DNA of 64,000 bases from an uncultured Gemmatimonadales bacterium (lineage in GTDB: Bacteria; Gemmatimonadota; Gemmatimonadetes; Gemmatimonadales; GWC2-71-9). Position 1 is the first letter of the stretch. Every line of letters begins with the position of its first letter. Shown here piece by piece: positions 48,501 through 58,190 of this stretch. The stretch spans positions 1,056,001-1,120,000 of the forward strand of contig CAVZZO010000001.1 in NCBI GenBank assembly GCA_963779755.1, read 5' to 3'. Position numbers and translations under genes: made by a program. A model generated the notes under the pieces. That model was given only the letters and a program-made list of their open reading frames with translations, ran no database searches and was not told the DNA's origin.

Positions 48501-48924
48501 CGCCTTCCTCGATGCCCGCAATATCCTGAACTTCAAGAACATCGTGACCGTGTTCACCACCACGAACGACATCGTGAACCAGTCCGAGCAGGTCATCAGG
48601 TTCAGTTCGGACAGCTCCGCCTTTGCCGAAGAGGCGAAGGCCAACGGCGTCTACAACGACGGCAGCGGCGCCATCGACCTGACCTTCGGCGGAGCGGCCG
48701 CCAGCGGTTGCGGCAACTGGGTGAACGCGCAGAATGATCCCACCACGCCCAACTGCGTCTACCTCATCCGGGCGGAGCAGCGCTACGGTAACGGGGACGG
48801 CGTCTTCAGCCTGAGCGAGCAGAAAGCCGCTCACGACGCGCTGTACTTCACCAATGGGCGCGGGATCAACGCCTTTACCACCCAGCCGCGCAACCTGCGG
48901 TTGGGGCTCGAAGTGAACTTCTAG
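45598..48924 (+). CDS. TonB-dependent receptor with N-terminal carboxypeptidase-regulatory-like domain
   Basis: Signal peptide, GRVRD..G.PI.NA, plug IRGGRSDE..YIDGV, EFGNAQSGIIN; C-terminal LGLEVNF; GGAGG SD. Confidence 0.92.
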   Translation: MKQSCVGAFARVARWFALAAVVLGVSAGALYAQAAGKVEGRVRDQAGAPIANAQVTLVGSAFATTTNNQGYYFFNNVPPGVVTIRAAFVGYKSAEARDVRVLAGQTLTQDIQLEQTPFQVEEITVVATATPLVPRDEVTTKQRLTGDFVTKLPADQLTNVLALQPGVVASAGGGTLSIRGGRSDEASTYIDGVPVDPGYRGNAFVGIGGTQISVATNAFEQASITTGASSSEFGNAQSGIINIETRTGGQSFSGQLGFESDEPFGKAHSIGYNAIRGNLGGPIYKNLTFFVSGALLGQASATSGLHSIDYPIFVPAGVDTTVAVPSAINDPLADTTMVAVEKYAIYRGDCNAFSGSTNSGIADNYGNSCQGIRIPYSASTIYQLSGKLNYTFGTGSRIALSYNGSRNQSRNSNFFNFEDPILLSGNRSWSNYFTLSWTQNLAKSSERALAIDANVAYQMDRRLNGPMTRQSELDTRNPFGGFMLGNIDFMWDFNSFPLDQQLVDNYRNNVPGSRRSPLDLENRDQYSVIDKYRNNAYGLDGFAESGGPTNRLFLYRENRWVGKGNLDWQVDRYNRVKIGGEYTHYDISNYSHALTSQAFSDIFIESPMRYDAFVEDRLDLGDVVVVGGLRYDYYKSNGSHPYVLDTVSTHATFGTYSYFPRPNSYGTGGADLNGMPLVKYVADQGHSYVSPHIQVSFPVTDRTNFRLSYAHQVQTPDFGLILGGMNTDLAVTNTNHVYGTDLDFGKTISFEFGIRHAFSDDMVLDISAYNRDNLSNFAGRLVSFSDPQRQGANVDLRVMTNADFGNTRGIDVRLDRRFGRFFNGVLTYTFQQAKNTGSDPFTYINFGSRIVNQISGGNQPPPQSIFPTASSRPHNLTGSFALSFPSDWKEGSTAGAILGGAGVTALFRYSSGTAFTRCPAETGNEGVLSGGVCSRQFEGDFFGARTPAFKQLDMKFTKSFGLRGLDVTAFLDARNILNFKNIVTVFTTTNDIVNQSEQVIRFSSDSSAFAEEAKANGVYNDGSGAIDLTFGGAAASGCGNWVNAQNDPTTPNCVYLIRAEQRYGNGDGVFSLSEQKAAHDALYFTNGRGINAFTTQPRNLRLGLEVNF

Positions 48925-49002
48925 TAACGCACCGCCGGCCGGTCGCCCTTCCCGGGCGGCCGGTCCGCGCGGCGCCCGTCCTATCTGATGAGAGAGGATG
49001 CA

Positions 49003-52000
49003 ATGCAATCACTACTTCGTTCGAAAGGCGTGCTGCGCATCGGCCTGCTCGCGCTGACGCTGGCGGTGGCGCTGTCCAGTGTGGCGGCGGCGAAGCCGGA
49101 GCCGGGCGCGCAGGCGCGGCGGGGCTTCCGCCTCTTCGCCCGGTCGCTGGGCGCCATGACCGTCAACCGCATCTATTGCGGTCTGTCGGCCACCGGCGAG
49201 GTCTGCGTCGACTCCACCAACTCGTCCACCATCGGGGGCGGGTTCTGGCCCAAGGGGACGGCCGACCAGTACGTGTTCAACTCGGGCATCCAGCTGGCCG
49301 GGACGATCGGGACGGACGGCGGTCCCTGGGCGGGCGACACGACGGGGGCTTTCTTCTTCGATCCCAAGGGCACCACCCAGCACGGCGAGCAGGTGACGCC
49401 GATCTACAACACGCAGAATCCGGACGATGCCGCCTTCATCGCGGCGGGGACGGACAATGCGGCGATGGCGGCCCGCATCCCCAACGCGGACGATAACCGC
49501 CTGATCTTCAACTCCCTGCTGCAGGGCCGCGACAAGGGCTCGCAGGGCGACGTGTGGTGGCTCAGCTGGGACGGCAACCCGGGCCTGGTGGCCGGCCGGC
49601 CGCACCCGCTGGGGGTGGTGGTGGAGCAGCGGGGCCTGGGCTGGAACTACCCCTCGGGGAACCAGGACATCCTGTACTTCATCTACACCTTCTACAACAT
49701 CACCTCGCTGAACGCCGCCGACTACGCAGGGGTGCGGCCGGGCATGCGGGAAATCCTGATGCAGCAGGCCCAGGTCTTCCAGCAGCGCAACGAGGCCTCC
49801 TTCGGGGTCAGCATCCCCGACGGCGGCTATACCATCGATAACCTCTATGCCGGCTTCGGCGCCGACATGGACGTGGCCGACGCGGGCGTGAACTATTCCT
49901 CGGTGAACGTGCCGTTCGCGCTGGGCAACACCTACGAGCGCAGCTTCTCGCGCTTCGCGGGCTGGAGCTTCGACCCGACCATCTTCAACCAGCCGGGCCT
50001 GTTCTCCGGCACCGGGTTCGTGGGGGTGAAGTACCTGAAGAGCCCGGAGGATGCCAACGGGAACCAGGTGGGGCTGACGCTCTTCAGCAACACCATCAAC
50101 GGCGGCGTCTTCGGCGACGCCCGGAACACGACGCAGCTGTTCCGCTATCTCTCGGGGCACATCAGCCCCGCGGCCGGCGACCAGAACTGTTCGCTGGACC
50201 CGGTGGCGACGCACATCTGCTACATCAACAACACCTCCGGCGCGGACATGCGGTTCTTCCAGTCGTCGGGGCCGCTGAAGCTGGCGCCGGGGGGCTTCGG
50301 CTCCATCGTGGTGGCCTACATCTTCGCCGCGCCGGCCGCGGCGGGCGGGACGGCGTCCTGCGGGACGGTGGGCTCGACCTGCGACATCAAGCCGGGCAAT
50401 CTGGCGCTGATCGCGGGCATGGATAACCCCACGACCATCGGGGCGCCGGTGGGCGCGTGCCCCGCCTCGGGGGCCTGCGCCTTCGGCGGCAACGTGAACC
50501 TGCTGGATTCGATCACGGGCTTCCTGGGGGCGCGGGACCTGAACAGCAACGACACCCTGTCGCAGGACGAATTCAAGGTGGTGCCGAACTCGCTGCTGGG
50601 GAAGGCGCTGGTGGCGCAGGCGATCTTCGATAACGGGTTCCTGCTGCCGTTCTCGCCCGAGCCGCCGCCGTTCTTCCTGGTACCGGGGGACAACCAGGTG
50701 ACGGTGATGTGGCGGCCGTCGTCGAGCGAGCAGGCGGGCGATCCCTTCTACTCGATCGCGAGCCAGGCGACCCTGAACGGGGCGCCCAACCCGCTGTACG
50801 ACCCGAGCTACCGGCAGTACGACGTGGAGGGCTACCGGGTGTACCGGGGCCGGGTGGACGCGCCGAACTCGCTGCAGTTGCTGGCGCAGTTCGACTACGC
50901 GGGCACCACCATCCCGGACTACCGGGGCCAGATCAATCCGTCCTCGACCTGCGCGCCGGAGCTGGGGATCACGACGACCTGCGCCACGACATACGATCCG
51001 GTCGATTCGATCAACACGCCGGGGGTGCAGCTGGCGCTGCACGTGGACGTGCCGCTCTCGGGCCCGATCATCCAGGTGAAGATCGGCGACCGGGTGCTGC
51101 TGGCCGACGGGACGGCGCTGGTGGTGAATGCCGACACGGCGGGGACGGGGGGCAGCGGGTCGTGCGCGCCGTCGAACTGCCCGGAGCTGTCGGACACCGG
51201 GGTGCCGTTCGTGTACGTGGACAACACGGTGCGGAACAACTTCCGCTACTTCTACAGCGTGACGACCTTCGACATCAACTCCTTCCAGTCGGGGCCGAGC
51301 AACCTGGAGAGCCCGCGGCTGACCAAGGCGGTGACGCCGGTGGCGCCGGCGGGGAACTACGAGAACACGGCGACGCTGGACGTGGCGGTCTATGGCCGCG
51401 GCCAGAAGCTGACGGATGATGTCGTCCCGACCATCGATCCGGTGAAGGGCACCTTCAGCAAGCCCTTCCCGCCGGCCACCGGGTGGCAGCTGGGGCTCAC
51501 GGCGTTCGTGAAGCAGCTGATCGCCTCCCCGGGCGCCTTCAGCGCCACGCTGGACAGCCTGACGCTGGGCTCGGCCTACGACGGGACGCCGAATATCTAT
51601 TACATCACGCTGAACACCGCCGCGGGCGGGGCGACCCAGCTGACGGTGCCGCTGGCGCAGCCGTCCACGGACGGCGCAGTGACGCACGATGAATCGTTCA
51701 CCGTCACCAGTGTGGATGCGTCGCTGGCCTCGCGCTACGGCGGGAACGGGTCGTATACCCTGAGCGGCAGTCTGCACATGGAAGTGCCGGGGAACTACTA
51801 CACCAACTCCTTCGGCCGCGGCTGCGTGAACGGGGCGGATGGGTTCGGGGATAACTGCGACTACAACGGGGCGCGGTGGTTCGACGGGCCGAGCCCGCAG
51901 CAGAACGAGACGCAGGCGAATCCGACCGCCTGCAGCCAGCAGAACTTCACGACCAACGTGGTGACCTGCTTCACCAACGCGGGCTACCTCTCGGGCGTGG

Positions 52001-52986
52001 ACAACATCTACGAACCGATGGCGTACCAGACCATCCAGAGCACCTGGCGGCAGTTCCACGGGGCGCTGGGCGGGGCGGTGCGCGCGGCGGACTTCAACGT
52101 GTACTGGGGGACGGGCGGGACCATCGACTCGGTCATTGACGTGACCGACAACGTGGTGGTGCCGTTCAGCCCGACCATCGGGGCGAGTTGGGGCATCCTG
52201 AACGCCCAGGACGCGCCGGCCGCAGGCGCCTTCGACGCGTCCGCGACGCTCACGCCGACGGACTTCAGTTGCGTGGCGCCGCTCAACACCGTGGCCGCGG
52301 TCCAGGCGCTGATTGCCTGCGGCGCGGCGACGCCGTTCGTGCTGACCCAGACGGCGGTGCCGGGGCCGATCGGCTACATCACCGGGACGGTGGGCAATGT
52401 GGTGCCCGCCACCGAGAACGGGTTCGAGATGTACCTCTCGGGGCACATCTTCACCTTCGAGCTGACCGGCGGCGCGCTGCCGGCGGCGGGGACGGTGTGG
52501 ACCATGCGGAGCTACACCGGCGCCATCAACGGCGGCGGGCAGAACTGCACGCTCTGCCAGGCCGGGGACGATGGGCCCTACAGCTACGTGCAGCAGTGGC
52601 CGTTCCCGATGGCGGCCGTGGGGGCGGAGGTGCGCTTCACCTACGACGTGATCAACCAGGTGAACGCGCCGACGGGGAACGACCTGAGCAAGGTCCACAC
52701 GGTGCCGGATCCGTACTACGTGACCAACGCCTACGAGCAGACCACGGACACCAAGATCATCAAGTTCGTGAACCTGCCGCAGGATTGCATCATCCGGATC
52801 TACTCCTCGAGCGGGGTGCTGGTGCAGCTGCTGGAGCACCACAGCTCGCAGTTCGGCGGCGAGGAGACCTGGAACGTCCGTAACCGGAACAACCAGGTCG
52901 TCGCCAGCGGGGTGTACTTCTACCACGTCGAGGCGGGGAATGCCCGGCGGGTGGGGCGCTTCACCATCGTCAATTTCGCGCAGTAG
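49003..52986 (+). CDS. Large Cys-containing surface protein with Fn3-like segment and T9SS CTD/FlgD-Ig-like C-terminus
   Basis: Signal peptide; PGDNQVTVMW..VEGYRVYR..YFYSVTTFD; C-terminal VPDPY..IRIYSSSGVLV..W..RN...VASGVYFYHV. Confidence 0.8.
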   Translation: MQSLLRSKGVLRIGLLALTLAVALSSVAAAKPEPGAQARRGFRLFARSLGAMTVNRIYCGLSATGEVCVDSTNSSTIGGGFWPKGTADQYVFNSGIQLAGTIGTDGGPWAGDTTGAFFFDPKGTTQHGEQVTPIYNTQNPDDAAFIAAGTDNAAMAARIPNADDNRLIFNSLLQGRDKGSQGDVWWLSWDGNPGLVAGRPHPLGVVVEQRGLGWNYPSGNQDILYFIYTFYNITSLNAADYAGVRPGMREILMQQAQVFQQRNEASFGVSIPDGGYTIDNLYAGFGADMDVADAGVNYSSVNVPFALGNTYERSFSRFAGWSFDPTIFNQPGLFSGTGFVGVKYLKSPEDANGNQVGLTLFSNTINGGVFGDARNTTQLFRYLSGHISPAAGDQNCSLDPVATHICYINNTSGADMRFFQSSGPLKLAPGGFGSIVVAYIFAAPAAAGGTASCGTVGSTCDIKPGNLALIAGMDNPTTIGAPVGACPASGACAFGGNVNLLDSITGFLGARDLNSNDTLSQDEFKVVPNSLLGKALVAQAIFDNGFLLPFSPEPPPFFLVPGDNQVTVMWRPSSSEQAGDPFYSIASQATLNGAPNPLYDPSYRQYDVEGYRVYRGRVDAPNSLQLLAQFDYAGTTIPDYRGQINPSSTCAPELGITTTCATTYDPVDSINTPGVQLALHVDVPLSGPIIQVKIGDRVLLADGTALVVNADTAGTGGSGSCAPSNCPELSDTGVPFVYVDNTVRNNFRYFYSVTTFDINSFQSGPSNLESPRLTKAVTPVAPAGNYENTATLDVAVYGRGQKLTDDVVPTIDPVKGTFSKPFPPATGWQLGLTAFVKQLIASPGAFSATLDSLTLGSAYDGTPNIYYITLNTAAGGATQLTVPLAQPSTDGAVTHDESFTVTSVDASLASRYGGNGSYTLSGSLHMEVPGNYYTNSFGRGCVNGADGFGDNCDYNGARWFDGPSPQQNETQANPTACSQQNFTTNVVTCFTNAGYLSGVDNIYEPMAYQTIQSTWRQFHGALGGAVRAADFNVYWGTGGTIDSVIDVTDNVVVPFSPTIGASWGILNAQDAPAAGAFDASATLTPTDFSCVAPLNTVAAVQALIACGAATPFVLTQTAVPGPIGYITGTVGNVVPATENGFEMYLSGHIFTFELTGGALPAAGTVWTMRSYTGAINGGGQNCTLCQAGDDGPYSYVQQWPFPMAAVGAEVRFTYDVINQVNAPTGNDLSKVHTVPDPYYVTNAYEQTTDTKIIKFVNLPQDCIIRIYSSSGVLVQLLEHHSSQFGGEETWNVRNRNNQVVASGVYFYHVEAGNARRVGRFTIVNFAQ

Positions 52987-53053
52987 CCACGGCTGGACGG
53001 GGGGCGCGCCGCGCTGGCGCGTCCCGCCGTCCGCAACCAGGAGATCAGAGACC

Positions 53054-54181
53054 ATGCGTTCTTTCTCGGCACGACGGTTGCTCCTCGGGGCGGCGCTGCT
53101 CGGCGGCCTGCCCGCCGTGGTGGCGGCACAGGCCCCGGAGGTGAACCAGAACAACACGCCGTACGGCACCACGGCGGCGGAATTTCTGCTGCTGGGGGCC
53201 GGGGCCCGGGGCACCGCGCTGGGCGGGGCCTACAGCTCCATCGCCAGCGACGTGAGCGCCCTCTACTACAACCCGGCGGGCGCGGCGCTGATGACCCGGC
53301 CGGGGGCCATGGTGGGGACCTATGACTACGTGGCCAACACGCGCTACACCTGGGGCGGGGTGGCCTTCCCCTTCAGCGGGGGGGCGCGGACCTTCGGGCT
53401 GCAGCTGGGCACCTTCGGGTTCAGCGACCAGCCGGTCTACACCGCCGACCAGCCCAACGGGACGGGGTCGGTGTACTCGGTGAGCGAGACCTTCGCGGGG
53501 CTCACCTATGCGGAGAACTTCAGCGACCGCTTCTCGGCGGGCATCACGGCGAAGTTCATCTTCGACAAGCTGGGGGATGCCAACGGGCAGGCCCTGGCGG
53601 TGGACTTCGGGACCAACTTCCATGCGCTGTTGAGCGGGCACCCGGTGAAGTTCAGCTTCGTGCTGAGCAACCTGGGGACCGACCTGAGCTACAGCGGCGA
53701 CGCGCTGAACGCGGGGGTGCCGCGGCAGCCGCTGCCGGGCGAGCAGCCGGTGCCGGGGCTGGACCAGCCGGCGCGGCTGCGGACCAAGGGCTTCCCGCTG
53801 CCGACCACCTTCCGGGTGGGGCTGGCCTACGACCTGCTGACCGGGGCCAGCAACCGGCTGACGGTGCTGACCGACTTCAACCAGCCCAATAACAACGCGG
53901 CGGGCTTCGTGGTGGGCGGCGAGTGGGCGCTGAACCGGCTGGGCGGCTCGCCCTTCGGGGTGGCGCTGCGGGGCAGCTACAGCTACAACCCGGCCAACAA
54001 CCTGACGCCGGTGGACCCGACCACCACGGCGCTGACCGACGAGGAGAACCTCCACGGCCTGGCCGTGGGCGGGGGACTGAACTTCCAGGCCGGCACCCTC
54101 AACCTCGGCGTCGATTACGCCTGGAAATACCTGGGCGTCCTCGGCGGCACCAACTTCTTCAGCCTTAACGTCGGCTGGTAA
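53054..54181 (+). CDS. PorV/PorQ family outer membrane beta-barrel
   Basis: AEFLLLGAGARGTALGGAY..ALYYNPAG; C-terminal FSLNVGW. Confidence 0.85.
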   Translation: MRSFSARRLLLGAALLGGLPAVVAAQAPEVNQNNTPYGTTAAEFLLLGAGARGTALGGAYSSIASDVSALYYNPAGAALMTRPGAMVGTYDYVANTRYTWGGVAFPFSGGARTFGLQLGTFGFSDQPVYTADQPNGTGSVYSVSETFAGLTYAENFSDRFSAGITAKFIFDKLGDANGQALAVDFGTNFHALLSGHPVKFSFVLSNLGTDLSYSGDALNAGVPRQPLPGEQPVPGLDQPARLRTKGFPLPTTFRVGLAYDLLTGASNRLTVLTDFNQPNNNAAGFVVGGEWALNRLGGSPFGVALRGSYSYNPANNLTPVDPTTTALTDEENLHGLAVGGGLNFQAGTLNLGVDYAWKYLGVLGGTNFFSLNVGW

Positions 54182-54238
54182 CAGCCGCTTCGCCGGTTGC
54201 CGGGCCCCCCGGGGCCCGGCGGGCCGGGCAGGGGTAAC

Positions 54239-55690
54239 ATGCGGGGCATTCGGTACTTTGCGCTGGCGGGTGTGGCGGCTCTGAGTGTGGCAGGGTGGTC
54301 CGCCCCGGCGCGGCAGTCTGGTGATGACCTCATGGTGCGCGCCGTACGGTTCTACCGCGCCGAGAACAACATCACGCAGGTGAAGGCGTTCGTGCAGATT
54401 CCGCTGAATCTGCTGCAGCCGACGGAACAGCAGGAAGGCGGCATCCTGAGCTATCAGGTGTCCATTCAGGTGAAGGACTCGACCGGTCTGACGCTGGAAC
54501 AGAGTGCCTGGCCCCAGCAGCATGTGTCGGCCGACTTGCGGGAACCGGGGGCCTTTACGGTCAACGTGGCTGAGTTTCCGGTGCGGCCCGGCCGCTACCG
54601 GGTGGATGTGACCCTGCGGGACTCGGTGGCCGGCCAGGAATACACCGCCGGAGCCAACGTGGTGGGGTTCGCGCAGGCTCCCGATGCTTCCGATCTGGTG
54701 CTGTCTCCCCGGATGCGGCCCATCCAGGGCGACAGCATGGAGCCGACAGAGTTCAAGAGCGGGCAGCTGCTGGTGACGTCGGTCGCACGGCTGCGCCTGA
54801 CACCGCTCAAGAGCACCGCGTTCTATCTGCTCGAGGTCTACACCGAGCAGGCCGATTCGGGAACCATGCGGGTCGCGATTACCGACAGCACCGGCGGGGT
54901 GGTGGTGGAGACGCCTCCCAACCCCGTCAAGACGGCAGCGGGCGGTGGCGTTCTGCGGGGCCAGTTGAACCTGGAAGGGCTGCCGGCCGGAGAGTACGCG
55001 CTGCAGGTCAAGGTGGCCTTGTCGGGTGGACGCACCTTCGAGCGCGAGGCGCGGCTCACCATGGCCAATCTGCAGCGGACCGTCGCGCAGCAGGCCATTC
55101 GGGGCGAGCTGGCCCGGATTACCGACTCGGGCTACTTCGCCGCCATGTCGGAGGAGCAGCTCGACAAGGCCGAGGAGCCGTTGCAGCTCATTGCCAGCGG
55201 GCGCGATCTGCGGGCCTACAAGGGGGCCACGGTCACCGGCAAGCGGCGGTTCATGACGGAGTTCTGGCAGAAGCGCGACCCGGACCCGTCTACGGAACGG
55301 AACGAGGCGCGGGAACGCTTCTACGCCGCGATCGCCTTTGCCGACAGCAATTTTCGCGAGCTGGGACAGAGCGCCAGTCCCGGGTGGAAAACCGACCGCG
55401 GCCGGATCTTTACCAAGTACGGCGTGCCGGACGACTCACTGCACCGGGTGCAGCCTGGCCTGGCGCCTCCCTACCTGATCTGGCGGTATACGCGGGGAAA
55501 GGCGTACTGGTACATCTTCGCGGACCGCAACGGGCTGGGGGCTTACAAGCTGATCCATACCAACGACCTGGCCGAGTCCGGCCGGCCGGACTGGATGGAG
55601 ATCATCGGGGCCGATGCCGTGCGGGATGCCGGGCAGTTCCTCGGGATCGATTTCTTCTCCGCGGCGCGGACACCGGAGTTCGGCAGTTGA
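54239..55690 (+). CDS. GWxTD domain protein
   Basis: FW..RDPDP.T..NE...GWKTDRGRIFTKYG.PD; signal peptide. Confidence 0.9.
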   Translation: MRGIRYFALAGVAALSVAGWSAPARQSGDDLMVRAVRFYRAENNITQVKAFVQIPLNLLQPTEQQEGGILSYQVSIQVKDSTGLTLEQSAWPQQHVSADLREPGAFTVNVAEFPVRPGRYRVDVTLRDSVAGQEYTAGANVVGFAQAPDASDLVLSPRMRPIQGDSMEPTEFKSGQLLVTSVARLRLTPLKSTAFYLLEVYTEQADSGTMRVAITDSTGGVVVETPPNPVKTAAGGGVLRGQLNLEGLPAGEYALQVKVALSGGRTFEREARLTMANLQRTVAQQAIRGELARITDSGYFAAMSEEQLDKAEEPLQLIASGRDLRAYKGATVTGKRRFMTEFWQKRDPDPSTERNEARERFYAAIAFADSNFRELGQSASPGWKTDRGRIFTKYGVPDDSLHRVQPGLAPPYLIWRYTRGKAYWYIFADRNGLGAYKLIHTNDLAESGRPDWMEIIGADAVRDAGQFLGIDFFSAARTPEFGS

Positions 55691-55767
55691 GAATTGTGCT
55701 TGGAATCGCCGCGGCGCGTACCTGACGCTCGCTACCAACTTTCACCGTTCAGGAAGAGGTGCACAGT

Positions 55768-57423
55768 ATGAACCGATTGGTGCGTGGTACGGTCCTGCTT
55801 GCCGCCGTCGCCGCCATCTGGTCGTGCGAATCCGACCCGACTGGAGGCAATGCGAAGACGATTGCGACGGTGCAGGCCAATCCGTCGGTCGTGTTCGTCA
55901 ACAACCTCGGCGACAGCACCGCCGTCGTGGTTCAGGCGCTCAACGATCTGAACCAGCCCGACTCCGCCGATTTCACGCTCGGAACGATCCCCTCCTCCAT
56001 CGTGGTGAACCGCGATACGAGTTACGGGCACATCATCGGGGGCGGGAACATTCCCACCAGCGCTCGGTACTTCGTCCGTGCCGCCTCCACCACCGGCTTC
56101 GTCAACACCAGTTTCGACGTCAGCGCCGGCGGGGCGACCACCACGATCCCGGTCAAGGTGACCATCGCCAGCATCCCGGGGGCGGCTTTCAGCAACGCCA
56201 CGCCGGGCCTGGGCGATACCGTCCAGCTGACCGCCCCGGCGGGGATCACGTTCACGCCGGCGACGACCATCTCCTTTGGGCCGAACGCGCTGCCGGGAGC
56301 GAACGTCGGCGTGTCGACCGACGGCAGCATTCTCTACGTGCTCCCCTCCGCCGGCATCGCCGGCGACACGGCCATCCTGAGCGGGGTGGAGCTCAGCTAC
56401 GCGCCGGGGATTCCGTTCAATAACATCACCACCACCGCGACGATCACCACCGACACGCTGCCCAACCCCCTGCCGGTGGTGACGGTGTCCGACACCATGC
56501 CGGCGGTGGGCGACACGGTGACCGTGACGGCTCCGCCGCTCTACGGTTTCACCGACGCCTCCGAAGTGACGCTGGGCAACGGCGCCGGCAACGCCCTGGT
56601 GGATATCTCGGCCGACCGGACCCAGTTGCGGTTCATCGTGGGCCCGGACGCCAGCGGGCCGATCAGCGTGAGCGACGCGGCGCTGGGCGGGGTGGCGCAC
56701 CTCGGCACTTTCGACCTGGTCTCCGCGGATCCGGTGAACTCTCCGCCCGCCCCGGCCCTGGCCGCGGCGTTCTCGACCACTACCCCGGCGGCCGCGGCCG
56801 AGCTGTCCATGACGGCGCCGAGCCAGTATCGCTTCCTGCCGGGTGTCACGGTGAATATGGGTGGTGTGGATGCGATCGTCGATTCCGTGTCCGCCGACAG
56901 CCTTACGCTCTGGTTCGTTCCGCTCCCCGGTTCCACCGGCACGCCGCTCGTGAGCAACCTGGTGCTGTCGTTCCTTACCACCGTGCCGCTCAGCAACATT
57001 GCTGCGACGACCGCGATCACGGTCGGCGGTAGCGTATTTACGGGTACGGATGCCTCGAGTACCGCCCCCACGGTCGCGACGCCTGCGGCTGGTAGTGCCG
57101 TCGCCTTCGCCGACAGCGGCACCTGGGCCGGCGACTGCGGTGGTGCCCCCTGCAACTGGTACAAGTTCGTGGTTACCACCGGGGACGACTATACCTTCGA
57201 CGCAACCTGGGACAACACCTCGGACCTGGGGACCTACATTGTCGAGAGCGATGCGACTACTGGCGTGGATGCCTGCGACGCAGCCGGTGACGCCCCGCCG
57301 GTGTTCGAGAAGTGCACGATCACCCTGGTACCAGGTACCTACTACATTCAGATGCAGAACTTCGCACCGTTCTATCCGGATCCTGATCCGGGGATGTTCA
57401 AGCTTGTGATCTCCCGCCCGTAA
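55768..57423 (+). CDS. Surface lipoprotein with three Ig-like repeats and a C-terminal PPC-like domain
   Basis: Lipobox AIWSC; repeats S..TP..GDTV..TAP...F; NWYKF...PGTYYIQ. Confidence 0.75.
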   Translation: MNRLVRGTVLLAAVAAIWSCESDPTGGNAKTIATVQANPSVVFVNNLGDSTAVVVQALNDLNQPDSADFTLGTIPSSIVVNRDTSYGHIIGGGNIPTSARYFVRAASTTGFVNTSFDVSAGGATTTIPVKVTIASIPGAAFSNATPGLGDTVQLTAPAGITFTPATTISFGPNALPGANVGVSTDGSILYVLPSAGIAGDTAILSGVELSYAPGIPFNNITTTATITTDTLPNPLPVVTVSDTMPAVGDTVTVTAPPLYGFTDASEVTLGNGAGNALVDISADRTQLRFIVGPDASGPISVSDAALGGVAHLGTFDLVSADPVNSPPAPALAAAFSTTTPAAAAELSMTAPSQYRFLPGVTVNMGGVDAIVDSVSADSLTLWFVPLPGSTGTPLVSNLVLSFLTTVPLSNIAATTAITVGGSVFTGTDASSTAPTVATPAAGSAVAFADSGTWAGDCGGAPCNWYKFVVTTGDDYTFDATWDNTSDLGTYIVESDATTGVDACDAAGDAPPVFEKCTITLVPGTYYIQMQNFAPFYPDPDPGMFKLVISRP

Positions 57424-57444
57424 TCCGGACCGGGTTCGTAAGAG

Positions 57445-57477
57445 GAGAGCCCCCGCTTCGGCGGGGGCTCTCTTTTT
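57445..57477 (+). terminator. Rho-independent terminator
   Basis: GAGAGCCCCCGC-TTCG-GCGGGGGCTCTC-TTTTT. Confidence 0.95.
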
Positions 57478-58190
57478 CAGACCCTCGACTGCGAGTCAGT
57501 AGACTACCACCCGCTCCTTCTTCCCAATACCACGCGAGAAACACGAAGGCGAACCCTGTCCCGGCACTCCCTGTGTCGGAGGTTGCGGGCACCTGGACGC
57601 TGACACCGGGTACCATTCTGACAGAGGAAGGCTCGACTCCGGTGCAACTCAGGGACGGCGAGGGTAAGGAACCTCTTGCTGGCTTGCATGGGATACCTCC
57701 GGAGAGAGTTCTGAGGAGAGGCACGTCCGCCGTGCCACATCCTCCTATAGCCCTTCTACGCCCTCCCCCGGCCACGCCTAGGCCCCTTTTGCGACAGGTT
57801 ATGCAGGGAACGCGACAGGCCGCCGGTGAATGTCCGCGACCATCGTGGCCGTATCGTGTCGCCATGAGCGGCTAGTGGGCCGGCAAGACCATCGGCCGAC
57901 TTCCACGCGACTGCGGCGAGTCCTGACGTCTTTCGGGGGGCGCAACGGGGGCGCCGGGCCAGAAGGCGCGGCGAGATGACGCGTGGGGTCAGCGGGCACC
58001 GGAACAGTCGGCATGTCGGTTACGTTGTCCTGCGGTACCGTCAGCGCGCCGATTTACACCGTTTCCATAAATTAGGTGATCGTCTCCAGAACCCCGTGCT
58101 CGTTGCGGCGGCAGGAGAATGAAGGGAAGCGTTCTTTTCGCGAGGGCCTCCTGGCAGGCCTGGACAATCTCAGACTGCGAGTGAGGCGGG

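Noticed and set aside
45451..54523. Very long minus-strand ORFs (1185, 1400 and 492 aa)
   Set aside because: Antisense shadows of well-supported plus-strand genes, expected in high-GC DNA; no motifs
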